Positions 1-8,991 of a stretch of DNA of 64,000 bases are shown here, one piece after another; the first letter of the stretch is position 1, and every line of letters starts with the position of its first letter. A program made the translations under genes and the position numbers. The stretch lies in IMG/VR virus record IMGVR_UViG_3300049792_000048, positions 1-64,000 of that record; one strand, given 5' to 3'. Below the pieces are notes generated by a model, which saw nothing but the letters and a program-made list of their open reading frames with translations, was not told the origin of the DNA and did no database searches. This stretch comes from a virus (Duplodnaviria; Caudoviricetes).

Positions 1-2
1 AT

Positions 3-440
3 TCATCGTTTCGGCCTTTCCGCACGTGCTCGTACTGTGGAAGCATCCATCCCGTGGATCTCGTCGAGCTCTTGAAGCTCGAAACCTTCGCACTGAACAG
101 TGTTCCGGAAGCGGAGCGCGTCGCGATGCCGCACATGGATGTTGCGGACATGAAGTACGGCTTCCCGCACAAGATCTACGTCCACAGCAAGCGCATCCTT
201 TTTCCTGAGCATGATTTCGTGGTCAGTACGAACGGCAAGGGTGAGGTGCTTTCGCGTCGCAAGGGCTGCATCCCATTCATCAAGTTCTACACGAAGCATC
301 TCGATGAGCCGGAGGCGAGCGAGGCCGACTTCCTCGCCATCCAGGCGCTCATCGAAGATCATGCCGGCATCGACTTCTCTCGTGACAGTCGCGGTTTGAT
401 GTGGCGTCGTGCACAGCCAAAACCCGTCCCCAACAACTGA
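3..440 (+). CDS. hypothetical phage protein, 5'-truncated by window edge
   Basis: Frame is open from base 3 and includes a CSYCGSIHP motif upstream of the GTG at 54 called by the ORF track. Confidence 0.6.
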   Translation, partial: SSFRPFRTCSYCGSIHPVDLVELLKLETFALNSVPEAERVAMPHMDVADMKYGFPHKIYVHSKRILFPEHDFVVSTNGKGEVLSRRKGCIPFIKFYTKHLDEPEASEADFLAIQALIEDHAGIDFSRDSRGLMWRRAQPKPVPNN

Positions 441-451
441 AGAGGTTCAAC

Positions 452-628
452 ATGATGAAGAAGAACGCCGACAACACTCCGACATTCACCGCCGGCGAGC
501 GCGTGAAGGTCGCTGGCCAGGAAGGCAGAGTCCAGGGCACAGCCGAGGATGGCCGTGTCAAGGTCACCTTCGACGACAGCAATGTCCCGACGCAGATGAT
601 CGAGCCGGACAAGGTCGAGCGGACGTGA
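452..628 (+). CDS. small SH3/KOW-like beta-barrel protein
   Basis: GAGG SD then ATG 452; FTAGERVKV..GRV..RVKVTFD pattern. Confidence 0.55.
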   Translation: MMKKNADNTPTFTAGERVKVAGQEGRVQGTAEDGRVKVTFDDSNVPTQMIEPDKVERT

Positions 629-1041
629 TCGAGAAGCTCGAATCGGTGGCGAGGGAGTACAGCCCGCGCCACCTGCCTTCGGGCTGGATGCACCTCACAG
701 GAGGGCGTCCCGTCTACAACAACCGATCGATGACTTCGGTGTATGGTGGCTTCGGCATGCGTGTGTGGGCGCAGCTTCAGCCCGTAGAGACCCCGAAGGT
801 CCTTGGCTGGATGTTCGACGTCTGTGTCGATAAGAAGAGCCTCCTCACGGTCTCCGACATCGAGCTCGTGATGCTTGGGCTTTTCAAGAGCTCCCGCTGG
901 GGTCGGGAGGTTCGATCGATGTGGCACACGATCGAAGCCGACCAGGTCGGTCAACGGACCTGGTTTGGTTTCGCTTCCGAGCTTATCCCCGCAGACTTCA
1001 GCTTCTTGCCGGGCATCCGATCGAGTTTCGCGGCGAGCTGA
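625..1041 (+). CDS. hypothetical protein
   Basis: GTGA overlap with previous stop; C-terminal part of ORF 409..1041. Confidence 0.55.
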   Translation: MIEKLESVAREYSPRHLPSGWMHLTGGRPVYNNRSMTSVYGGFGMRVWAQLQPVETPKVLGWMFDVCVDKKSLLTVSDIELVMLGLFKSSRWGREVRSMWHTIEADQVGQRTWFGFASELIPADFSFLPGIRSSFAAS

Positions 1042-1089
1042 TCACGTAGGGGCTTCGTCTTTTGGGTCGTGTCGGGCTATCCTGCCGAC

Positions 1090-2910
1090 ATGCCGGCACA
1101 GTTTCGCATCGACCAGGTTACCCCGGGAGCGGGAGTAGCAGGACGATCGCGTCATGATCTCGTTCCTGGAGAGATCATCACGCTCAATGCGACGAGCCCG
1201 ACTCCTGGTGCTGGCGTCTCATACTCATGGGAGATTCTCGACAAGCGCGGTTCGACCGCAGTGCTGTCGGGGACCACCGGGCAGACGGTCATCATCGGCA
1301 TCTCTGGGCTGATCATCCGCCCGAGTGCATTCCTCATCGAGCTGACGGTCAACGACAATGGCATCATCACGAAGTCGCGACGTATCGCGTCGGTTCGTAC
1401 ACTGAACGCTCAACTTCGTGTTCCTGTCTATGTCGAGACGGCTCCGATGTCGAACAAGCTCAGCTTGCACGATGCCGATCTCGCCACGGACAACGCTCTC
1501 TATGGGAACCGCTCCGGTCTCGGTGTTGCTGAACAGAACTGGGCGGGCTGGTCGGAGTGGGCGTGGGAGCTCGTCATGGCGGTCGAAAGCTCGATCGGAG
1601 CTTCTGGGCCACCGTCAGGTCCTGCCAGTGGTGACCTCTCTCTGAGCTACCCGGGCCCGAGGGTCTCCAAACTCTACGGTGTAGCAATCGATGCTTCTGC
1701 GGCGTCGCCGGCGACCGGCTCCGTGTTGAAGTACGATGGCACCAACTACAAGCCGAGCGTGGTCACCGGGAAGCAGTACAACAAGGTCGTCGTTGGCAAC
1801 TCGGGCCAGGGAGACATCTCGTCTGATTGTGACTTCCTCGACAATGGCAACTGCTTGGGCATCGAGGCTGCTCTCGCGTCCCTCGGAGGTCAGGGCGGCG
1901 ACATCTTCGTCCGTCCGGGCAACTACAGCTTGAACACGCACAGCGGGGCCGCGACCCCGCTCGTCGTCCCAAACAACGTTCGGTTGATTTTTGCCCACAA
2001 GGCGAGCTGTACCCTCACCGCCTGTATGACCCCGGACATCGACGAGTCGATGGCGATCTTCAGCATTCAGGGTGCTGGGCAAGTCGAAAACCTCACGATC
2101 TACATCGATGCTCCGGGCTTCACGAATGCGGGGACGGAGAACACTTTCATCGATGTCGGTACTGCGGGAGTGCTTCGCAACATCGACATCTTCATGGGGG
2201 CAATCCTCTCGGGGGCCTGGGCGGACTTTGGCAATATCAGTAGCGTGGTCCAGTTCACGGCAGCCTCCCATGTTGAAGATGTCGTCATCTACAGTCCTCC
2301 GAGCTTCATCGTCTCGGGAGGCAACGTACTCACATCCTTCCACGGTTCTGGATCCCCGGGGACGAACCCGTTCTATGTGGTGCGGTGCCGTGTCAACTCT
2401 TCGTCCATGACTCGTGGTGGTGACATCGGCTTCTCCACCAACTTCGGTCCGGGCTACTTCGAGTCGTGCGCTCCCACAAATGCGTTGGAGACGGGTTTCC
2501 TGCTCTACGAGAGCAGTGAGGGTGTGCAGATCACTGATCCTCAGATCGTGTGGACGGGTTCTGATGTCTTCGGACATCTCGCCGTGGTCTTCGGTGACGG
2601 TGACCCTAGTGACCACGTCATCGACTGCCATGTCCGTGGGGGCTACATCGATGGCCAGTCCTCCATCGGTTCCCCGGCTTTCGGCTTCACCACGGATAGT
2701 GGTGAGGTGAATCGGAACAAGATCCATGGAGTGACCGTCAGGAACTTCGGGGTCGCCGCAGGCTTCATTGCGTCCAGCGGTGGCCACTTGAATGCGAACG
2801 ACATTCAGTTCTGCACTTTCAAGAATGTCCCCAGCGTGTACGACACCGATGGCAATGACACCAACACCGTGATCGACAACAACGTCAACGATACGGGCGG
2901 TGGCGCATGA
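1090..2910 (+). CDS. virion protein with C-terminal right-handed beta-helix (tailspike/depolymerase-like)
   Basis: N-terminal PKD/Ig-like segment (YSWEI); fibre linker GDLSLSYPGP..VLKYDGTNYKP; IEAALASL..GGDIFVRPGNY beta-helix cap followed by Asn/Gly/Ile-rich coils. Confidence 0.65.
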   Translation: MPAQFRIDQVTPGAGVAGRSRHDLVPGEIITLNATSPTPGAGVSYSWEILDKRGSTAVLSGTTGQTVIIGISGLIIRPSAFLIELTVNDNGIITKSRRIASVRTLNAQLRVPVYVETAPMSNKLSLHDADLATDNALYGNRSGLGVAEQNWAGWSEWAWELVMAVESSIGASGPPSGPASGDLSLSYPGPRVSKLYGVAIDASAASPATGSVLKYDGTNYKPSVVTGKQYNKVVVGNSGQGDISSDCDFLDNGNCLGIEAALASLGGQGGDIFVRPGNYSLNTHSGAATPLVVPNNVRLIFAHKASCTLTACMTPDIDESMAIFSIQGAGQVENLTIYIDAPGFTNAGTENTFIDVGTAGVLRNIDIFMGAILSGAWADFGNISSVVQFTAASHVEDVVIYSPPSFIVSGGNVLTSFHGSGSPGTNPFYVVRCRVNSSSMTRGGDIGFSTNFGPGYFESCAPTNALETGFLLYESSEGVQITDPQIVWTGSDVFGHLAVVFGDGDPSDHVIDCHVRGGYIDGQSSIGSPAFGFTTDSGEVNRNKIHGVTVRNFGVAAGFIASSGGHLNANDIQFCTFKNVPSVYDTDGNDTNTVIDNNVNDTGGGA

Positions 2911-5213
2911 CGACCAAGAATGTTCCTGCGCAGCAGAACCACTTCTGGCCCCCGGGCACCACCGATCCTGGGTCTGCGGCGGCCGAGCCGCTGTTGCGGC
3001 AGGGCGACATCTACTACAACACGGGAAGCCTCAAGCTTCGGAAGTGCGACAATCCGACTTATCCGGCAACATGGTCTTCCGTAGGGTCGCCCTCTTTGCA
3101 GGACGTCTATGCGGCGAGCTCGCCTCCTCAGATCGACTTCGGTGGGAGTTCGCTCCTCTTCAAGGACGGCTCCAATACTGTTCTGAACCTCGCACTTGCG
3201 GGTGTCTCAGTAGGGTCACTCACGTCGGTTGTGCCGCTTGCCGTGCACGGTATCGTGACGGTGAACGCCGGTACGGCCGCTCTGCCCTCCTTGAGCTGGA
3301 TCACTGATCCAGACACTGGTGTCTATTCAGCTGGCGCAAATGTCCTGGGGCTCTCCGCGGGAGGAAGCCTGCGACTCAGTGTGAGCACGGCAGCGGTGAC
3401 CAGCACGCTGCCGTTCTATGCGCCTGATGGTGCAGCCGCGACGCCGTCATACGTCTTCACCTCGGACACGGATACCGGCTTCTATTCGGGTGGCACCAAC
3501 AAGCTCGGCATAGCGACAGGAGGCACCGCTCGCCTGTTCTTCGATTCGTCCACGGCATCCTTCTCGGTGCCGGTCTACGGAGTTGATGGCGGCGCGGGTT
3601 CGCCCGCGCTGAGCTTCAACAACGACCCGAACACGGGTCTCTACTCAGTCGCAGCGGATACGCTGGGCATCTCCACAAACGGAGTGCTTCGGCTCGCCAT
3701 CTCGACGACAGGTATCGATGCCGTGCTGCCGTACCGTGCCCCAAGCGGTACGGCAGGGGCGCCGGGCTACGAGTTCGTTTCCGACAACACGTCCGGGATG
3801 TTCCTGCCTGGAGCTGGCATCGTAGCTATCTCGACGGCGGGTGCAGAGCGAGTGCGCTTCACTGCTACCGACTCGACGCTCACAGGCAACTGGCTTCCCG
3901 AGGCCGACAACACGCGGAACCTGGGTTCCGCAGGTCTCCAGTGGGCACAGACACACAGCAACGTGTTCTATGCAGGCTCGGGCTCTGGCGCTGCGCCTGC
4001 TTACACGTTCGCTGCATTCCCTCTCGTTGGCTTTTTTGCCAGCTCCGTCAACGACCTGTACTTGGCCATGCAGGGCCAGGCGAGGTTCGTGTTCGGTGTT
4101 GGTGGGTTTTTTGGAGTAACTTCCACCAACAACCCTCTCGTCTTGTATGGCAACCCGAACTCCTTCGCAGATGGAGTGCAGCTCACAGCAGGTACGACGT
4201 ATCAAGGGTTCGCTGGAAACCAAAACGCCGTAAGGATAAACGCGACTGTTGCACAAACAGGAACTGCTGGATTCACCGGCATCGACATCAACATCACGGA
4301 AACTACGCTCGGTAGTGATCCTAAGTACATCATCAACGCCAAGGCGGGGGCAGCTGGCACCACACAGGTGTTCGCGATCACCCACACAGGTCAAGTGTTG
4401 TTGCCTGATGGCTCCTTCGGAGCCCCGGCTATTGCCTCGCTAACTACACCGGATGCGGGCTGGTTCTGTGCTGCTGGTGGATGGTCTTTCGTAGCTTCGG
4501 GCGGTATCCAGGTCGTAGACCTGCATGATGATGGCATCTTCACATATGTAGGCATCCAGCCCAACACAGACAACTCGCAGACACTGGGTGGTAGTGGCAC
4601 TCGGTGGGCTGAGGTTCACAGTGTCCATTTCTACGGCGCTAACGGGACAACTGGCTTGCCTACATACTCATTCGACACCCAAGCCGATTCGGGTATGTAT
4701 CTCAAGGCTTCTTCAAAGATCGCTTTTGTGACCCCTGGATATGGTGGTGAACAGCTAATCATCGATGGAAGTTCTGGCGATTCTCAGATCTTGTTTGCCC
4801 CTGGAAGTGGTGGTGTTCCTGGGTTGGCATGCATGAGCGACCCCGACACCGGAATCGATCACAACGGTCCGATAGCCAGCAGCGACTTGACGCTACAGTC
4901 GCATGGGTACCTTGTGGCTGCTGCCTCCGGGGTGGGGGCCGCATTCATTCCCGGCGCAGACAACACCTACAAGCTCGGAACCTCGTCCTTCCGTTGGTCG
5001 GACGTGTTCGCCGTACAGACCACCATCGGTGACTTGACAATGAAGAATCCGAATGGAGGTCCGGAGCACTGGAAGCTGATCGAGGGTCTCGATGAGATCT
5101 GGGCGTACAACGTCCGCACTCGCAAGAAGTACAAGATCGGCATGGTCGAAGCAGAGGTCACTGAGGCGGACCGTCAGCTCATGGTTGCCGAGGAGGCTCG
5201 GTTCCATGAGTGA
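2907..5213 (+). CDS. tail fibre protein
   Basis: About 8 copies of the G-x-A-x-P-S-x-F-x-x-D-x-D-T-G fibre repeat, 3 copies of P-x-x-D-N-x-x-x-L-G-x-x-x-x-x-W, and a C-terminal GDL..W..EG..N.RT.KKYK fibre end domain. Confidence 0.8.
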   Translation: MTTKNVPAQQNHFWPPGTTDPGSAAAEPLLRQGDIYYNTGSLKLRKCDNPTYPATWSSVGSPSLQDVYAASSPPQIDFGGSSLLFKDGSNTVLNLALAGVSVGSLTSVVPLAVHGIVTVNAGTAALPSLSWITDPDTGVYSAGANVLGLSAGGSLRLSVSTAAVTSTLPFYAPDGAAATPSYVFTSDTDTGFYSGGTNKLGIATGGTARLFFDSSTASFSVPVYGVDGGAGSPALSFNNDPNTGLYSVAADTLGISTNGVLRLAISTTGIDAVLPYRAPSGTAGAPGYEFVSDNTSGMFLPGAGIVAISTAGAERVRFTATDSTLTGNWLPEADNTRNLGSAGLQWAQTHSNVFYAGSGSGAAPAYTFAAFPLVGFFASSVNDLYLAMQGQARFVFGVGGFFGVTSTNNPLVLYGNPNSFADGVQLTAGTTYQGFAGNQNAVRINATVAQTGTAGFTGIDINITETTLGSDPKYIINAKAGAAGTTQVFAITHTGQVLLPDGSFGAPAIASLTTPDAGWFCAAGGWSFVASGGIQVVDLHDDGIFTYVGIQPNTDNSQTLGGSGTRWAEVHSVHFYGANGTTGLPTYSFDTQADSGMYLKASSKIAFVTPGYGGEQLIIDGSSGDSQILFAPGSGGVPGLACMSDPDTGIDHNGPIASSDLTLQSHGYLVAAASGVGAAFIPGADNTYKLGTSSFRWSDVFAVQTTIGDLTMKNPNGGPEHWKLIEGLDEIWAYNVRTRKKYKIGMVEAEVTEADRQLMVAEEARFHE

Positions 5214-5583
5214 CAACGGCAAGATCTTCACCCGCCGGTTTGTGTATCAGACGACAACCAGCGGCTCAGCGTCCGGCGTGTGGACCATCGCTCAGACCAA
5301 CAACACCTTGTGGTCGGTCTCGATGGTGTGCATCGCCCGGGATCAGGCCGGGACACATCGTGCAATGTATCGGCGGCATGGACTCATCTACCGGCAAGGT
5401 GGAGGAAACTGCACGATTCAGGGCAGCATCGAGACCGTGGGCACTGATATCGAAACCAGCGCGACGCTCGATGCCACCCTGGGTGTATCGGGTACGTCGA
5501 TCGGGTCGAGCGTGGTTGGTCTTGCTGCGACCACCATCGACTGGTCCTTCATGTTGACGATCTTGGAAGCCTCCGCTCCATGA
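5206..5583 (+). CDS. small beta-rich virion protein
   Basis: ATG 5206 overlaps fibre 3' end; Thr/Ser/Gly-rich beta pattern. Confidence 0.55.
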   Translation: MSDNGKIFTRRFVYQTTTSGSASGVWTIAQTNNTLWSVSMVCIARDQAGTHRAMYRRHGLIYRQGGGNCTIQGSIETVGTDIETSATLDATLGVSGTSIGSSVVGLAATTIDWSFMLTILEASAP

Positions 5584-5621
5584 GCTGGTTTTAGGTCTCT
5601 TCTTGGTGATATAAGCAACGG

Positions 5622-5876
5622 ATGAAGAACATGAAGACGGAACGGTTCAAGATCGATGAACGGCTCGCGTACAAGCTCGCGCTGGCGAACGCCCAGGCGG
5701 AGAAGGCTCAGGCCCAGCTCGCTCTTGCACAGCAGCAGGCGCAGATGCTGCTCTCCGAGATCTCGGGCATCGTGACGGAGGGTGGGAAGTACACCTGGAC
5801 CGGCCAGTTGCAGATGCAGGGCGATGCCTGCACCGTGGAACGAACGCTCGTGGAATCCAAGAAAACTCCTGGCTGA
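5622..5876 (+). CDS. small coiled-coil protein (possible fibre chaperone)
   Basis: Ala/Gln heptads; position after the fibre genes. Confidence 0.45.
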   Translation: MKNMKTERFKIDERLAYKLALANAQAEKAQAQLALAQQQAQMLLSEISGIVTEGGKYTWTGQLQMQGDACTVERTLVESKKTPG

Positions 5877-5899
5877 TACCAGGTGAAGGCGATGAGGGC

Positions 5900-7363
5900 G
5901 TGATGAACGAACTGATTGCACACGCCCTTCTTCATCAGGTGCCGATTGCAATCGGTGTCTGGGATGCCGAAGGTGCGACCTCTCCGCAGGACATGAGGTT
6001 GATCTTCATGAACGAGTGGGGTGTCAAGAACATCATGTCCGGCTATGGGGTTGGGCGTGAGCACGTAGAGGGGAAGACCTTCCGTGAGATCACCTCTGAG
6101 CAAGGCAGGGAGCCGAACGCGAACTTCGTGCAGAACCTCTACGAGACTGCGCAGTCGCAGAGCCCTCGGCAGGTGGAGCTTGGAACGATCTTCGGGCGGA
6201 CGTACCGCATGTACTTCTTGCCGATGGGCACCCGTGTCGCAGCCTCGATGTTTGAGGACATCACAGAGATGCACGACACGAACCGTCGCCTCTCGTTGGC
6301 GCTGGAGTCTGCCAAGGCAGGGATGTGGTGGTTCGACTATGTCACCGACATGCAGAGCTGGGACGCTGGAGCTGCACAGATGCTCGACCTCGGAGCTGCC
6401 TCCACATCTTCGGGGACATCACTCGATCTCTTCTACTCGAAGATCTTGCCGGCGGACGTGAAGGACATCAGTGCGCTGATCGATCGAGCTCTGGCAAACC
6501 CGGAGGTCTCCAACATCGAGCTGGAGTTCTCATTGGTGAAGGCCGATGGCCGGACGGTCGTGGTGATGGATCGGGCTCAGATCTATCGCGAGGACGGGAA
6601 GATCGTGCAGATGATGCACGTCTTGATCGACGTCAATGACAAGGTTCAGCTCACCAAGAAGCTTCAGCAGTCGAACTCCGACTTGAAGAACTTCGCCCAC
6701 GTCGCCTCGCATGATCTTCGTGAGCCGCTGCGGGTCATCAGTAACTACACGCAGCTCCTGTTCGAGGAGTACGGCCAGCTCTTCGAGGGTCAGCCGGAAG
6801 CCATGCAGTACCGCTCGTTCATTCAGGACGCTTCCAAGAGGGCCATGTCTCTTGTCGAGGACCTGCTTCGGTTCAGTCGTGCCGGCAACAACATGAACCC
6901 CCAGGAGAACGTCTCCTTGACTCGCCTCGTTCGCATCGCGATGGAGAACCTGCGGGTCTCGATCGATGAAGCGCGGGCGGACATCAAGATCGACAATCTC
7001 CCGTCGGTTACATGCGACGCCGGCATGATGGTGCAGGTCTTCCAGAACCTGCTCAGCAACGCCGTGAAGTTCACCTCCAAGGGTGAAAGTGGGGCATATC
7101 CGCACATCCGTGTGACGGCGAGCGACCACGGTCGCATGTGGTTGATTCAGGTCAGGGATGATGGACTTGGCATCGAGCCCGAGTTCCTGACCAAGATCTT
7201 CACTCCGTTCTACCGTCTCTACACGACCGCAGAGTATGATGGGACCGGCATAGGTCTCTCGCTTTGCCAGAGGATCGTCCGAGCTCACGGAGGCGACATC
7301 TGGGCGGAATCGGGTGGCAAGGGCCAGGGAACGACCCTTTCTTTCACCCTTACGAAGGCGTAA
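5900..7363 (+). CDS. cytoplasmic PAS-domain sensor histidine kinase (HisKA + HATPase_c)
   Basis: PAS/PAC (AGMWWFD..SWD..DGR..DVND), H-box ASHDLREPL, N-box QNLLSNAVKF, G1 DDGLGI, F-box IFTPF, G2 GTGIGLSLC; no obvious TM helix. Confidence 0.93.
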   Translation: MMNELIAHALLHQVPIAIGVWDAEGATSPQDMRLIFMNEWGVKNIMSGYGVGREHVEGKTFREITSEQGREPNANFVQNLYETAQSQSPRQVELGTIFGRTYRMYFLPMGTRVAASMFEDITEMHDTNRRLSLALESAKAGMWWFDYVTDMQSWDAGAAQMLDLGAASTSSGTSLDLFYSKILPADVKDISALIDRALANPEVSNIELEFSLVKADGRTVVVMDRAQIYREDGKIVQMMHVLIDVNDKVQLTKKLQQSNSDLKNFAHVASHDLREPLRVISNYTQLLFEEYGQLFEGQPEAMQYRSFIQDASKRAMSLVEDLLRFSRAGNNMNPQENVSLTRLVRIAMENLRVSIDEARADIKIDNLPSVTCDAGMMVQVFQNLLSNAVKFTSKGESGAYPHIRVTASDHGRMWLIQVRDDGLGIEPEFLTKIFTPFYRLYTTAEYDGTGIGLSLCQRIVRAHGGDIWAESGGKGQGTTLSFTLTKA

Positions 7364-7365
7364 CC

Positions 7366-7767
7366 GTGCAGCACCGCGTTCTACTGGTCGAGGACAACGC
7401 TCCCGACGCTGTCCTCGCCAAGAAGGCGTTTGCAGCGTTCGACCGTGTAGAGATGCGCATCGCGATGACGGCAGAAGCAGCCGCGTCGATGTTGGAGCAC
7501 GAGCTCGTCGATCTCATCTTGCTTGACCTCAACCTACCAAAGATCAGTGGGTTCGAGCTCTTGTTGAAGTTGAAGAGCGAAGAGCTTACCAAGTCGATCC
7601 CTGTAGTAGTGATCACGAGCTCATCTTCCCTCGACGACATCGAGAAAGCGTACCGCCTCGGGGCAGCCGGTTACCTGATCAAGCCGATGTCTCTGACAGC
7701 ATTCCGAGACATGGTAGCTATCCTGGGCGCGTACTGGTTTCAGGTCTCGAAGCTGCCGGCGAGGTAA
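7366..7767 (+). CDS. single-domain response regulator (Rcp1-like receiver)
   Basis: VLLVEDN, LILLDLNLP (acceptor Asp), IPVVVITSS, GAAGYLIKP; GTG 7366. Confidence 0.92.
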   Translation: MQHRVLLVEDNAPDAVLAKKAFAAFDRVEMRIAMTAEAAASMLEHELVDLILLDLNLPKISGFELLLKLKSEELTKSIPVVVITSSSSLDDIEKAYRLGAAGYLIKPMSLTAFRDMVAILGAYWFQVSKLPAR

Positions 7768-7769
7768 AC

Positions 7770-8585
7770 ATGGCCATCCCCATTCACGTACTGCTCGTCG
7801 AGGACAGCACCCCCGATGCAAACTTCATCGAGTCGAGGCTTCTTCAGGCCACGCTACTGAAGGTCGGGGTCGAGGTTGCGACCTGGCTGAAGACGGCCAT
7901 CACCCTCTTGTCCAACAAAAAGTTCGACGTCGTGCTGCTCGACCTCGGTCTTCCGGACAGCCAGGGCATCGACACTCTCGTCGAGATCCTGAAGGTGTCC
8001 CCGAACGTCCCCGTCATCGTGCTCTCGGGACGTGAGGACATGGAGACCGCGATCTTGGCGGTTCGTGCTGGAGCTCAGAGCTATCTTGTAAAGAAGCCGG
8101 GTCTGACCCCGGAACAGCTCGAACGCGAGATCTTCTATGCTCGCGAGCGGAAGATGAACGACCTCACCGCCAAGAAGCTCACCCGAGCGTCGATGGCGAG
8201 CCTGCGGACCATCGACGAGCGCCCAGGACGTTCTTCGACTCCCCCGCCGGTCGATACCGGTCTCCTCTCACGTCACATCTCGACGATCGAAGATTCGATC
8301 GCGAACGTGCGTCTGCATCTCATGAAGAACGCTCCGTCGCAGTCCGAGGCTGTTCAGGAGATCCTCCAGAACCAGGGCGCCTACGTCGCTCTGCGTGAGA
8401 TCCGTAGCTATCTTCAGCTCGATGATGATGCCGCACCACGTACGCGGCCGATCTCGGAGGCTGCCTTGAAGGCGGTGCGCGAGGCTTCAGTTCCTCCTGG
8501 GATGCCAATGCCGAAGAACCTCACAGAAGCGCGGGCCGCGGTGCTAGACCTCATCAGCGACGAGGAGAATGACCGTGTCGGGTGA
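7770..8585 (+). CDS. response regulator: receiver plus unrecognised helical C-terminal region
   Basis: VLLVEDS, VVLLDLGLPDS, PVIVLSG, GAQSYLVK; C-terminal ~130 aa lacks a recognisable output domain. Confidence 0.88.
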   Translation: MAIPIHVLLVEDSTPDANFIESRLLQATLLKVGVEVATWLKTAITLLSNKKFDVVLLDLGLPDSQGIDTLVEILKVSPNVPVIVLSGREDMETAILAVRAGAQSYLVKKPGLTPEQLEREIFYARERKMNDLTAKKLTRASMASLRTIDERPGRSSTPPPVDTGLLSRHISTIEDSIANVRLHLMKNAPSQSEAVQEILQNQGAYVALREIRSYLQLDDDAAPRTRPISEAALKAVREASVPPGMPMPKNLTEARAAVLDLISDEENDRVG

Positions 8586-8991
8586 AGATCTCTTCGTTAA
8601 GTTGCGCGACCTCGAACAGAGGGTTCGTCGAGGCTTTTCTGGCTTCAACTTCATGCTCACCGGGCTGTCGAGCCGCGTCGAGAACATGGAGAGCTCACAG
8701 AAGGATGCCACGAAGAAGATTGACGACGTCGAGAAGGACGTCAGCGATCTCGCAGTTCGCCTCGCCAAGCTCGAAGGGCACCAAGAGGGCGTCCGAGATG
8801 GGCGCGAAGACACCGCCCGCACCTTCGCTGAGGTCAAGGAAGTGCGGAAGGAGCACCACGAAGAGAAGAAGCTCGGCTTGGAGTGGTGGAAGACCACCGC
8901 CCCGATCATCATCGCCCTCGTTACTGGTGTTTTCGGACTGATCGCTGGCGTCGTGGCCCTGCTTCAGTCCATCCTCGGGCTTGGGCACTGA
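8569..8991 (+). CDS. coiled-coil protein with C-terminal TM helix (XhlA/holin-like)
   Basis: Heptad region then hydrophobic PIIIALVTGVFGLIAGVVALL. Confidence 0.55.
   Translation: MTVSGEDLFVKLRDLEQRVRRGFSGFNFMLTGLSSRVENMESSQKDATKKIDDVEKDVSDLAVRLAKLEGHQEGVRDGREDTARTFAEVKEVRKEHHEEKKLGLEWWKTTAPIIIALVTGVFGLIAGVVALLQSILGLGH

Noticed and set aside
1090-5213. Diversity-generating retroelement or invertible fibre cassette
   Set aside because: No reverse transcriptase, invertase or near-identical nucleotide repeat pair seen; the repeats are divergent at protein level.
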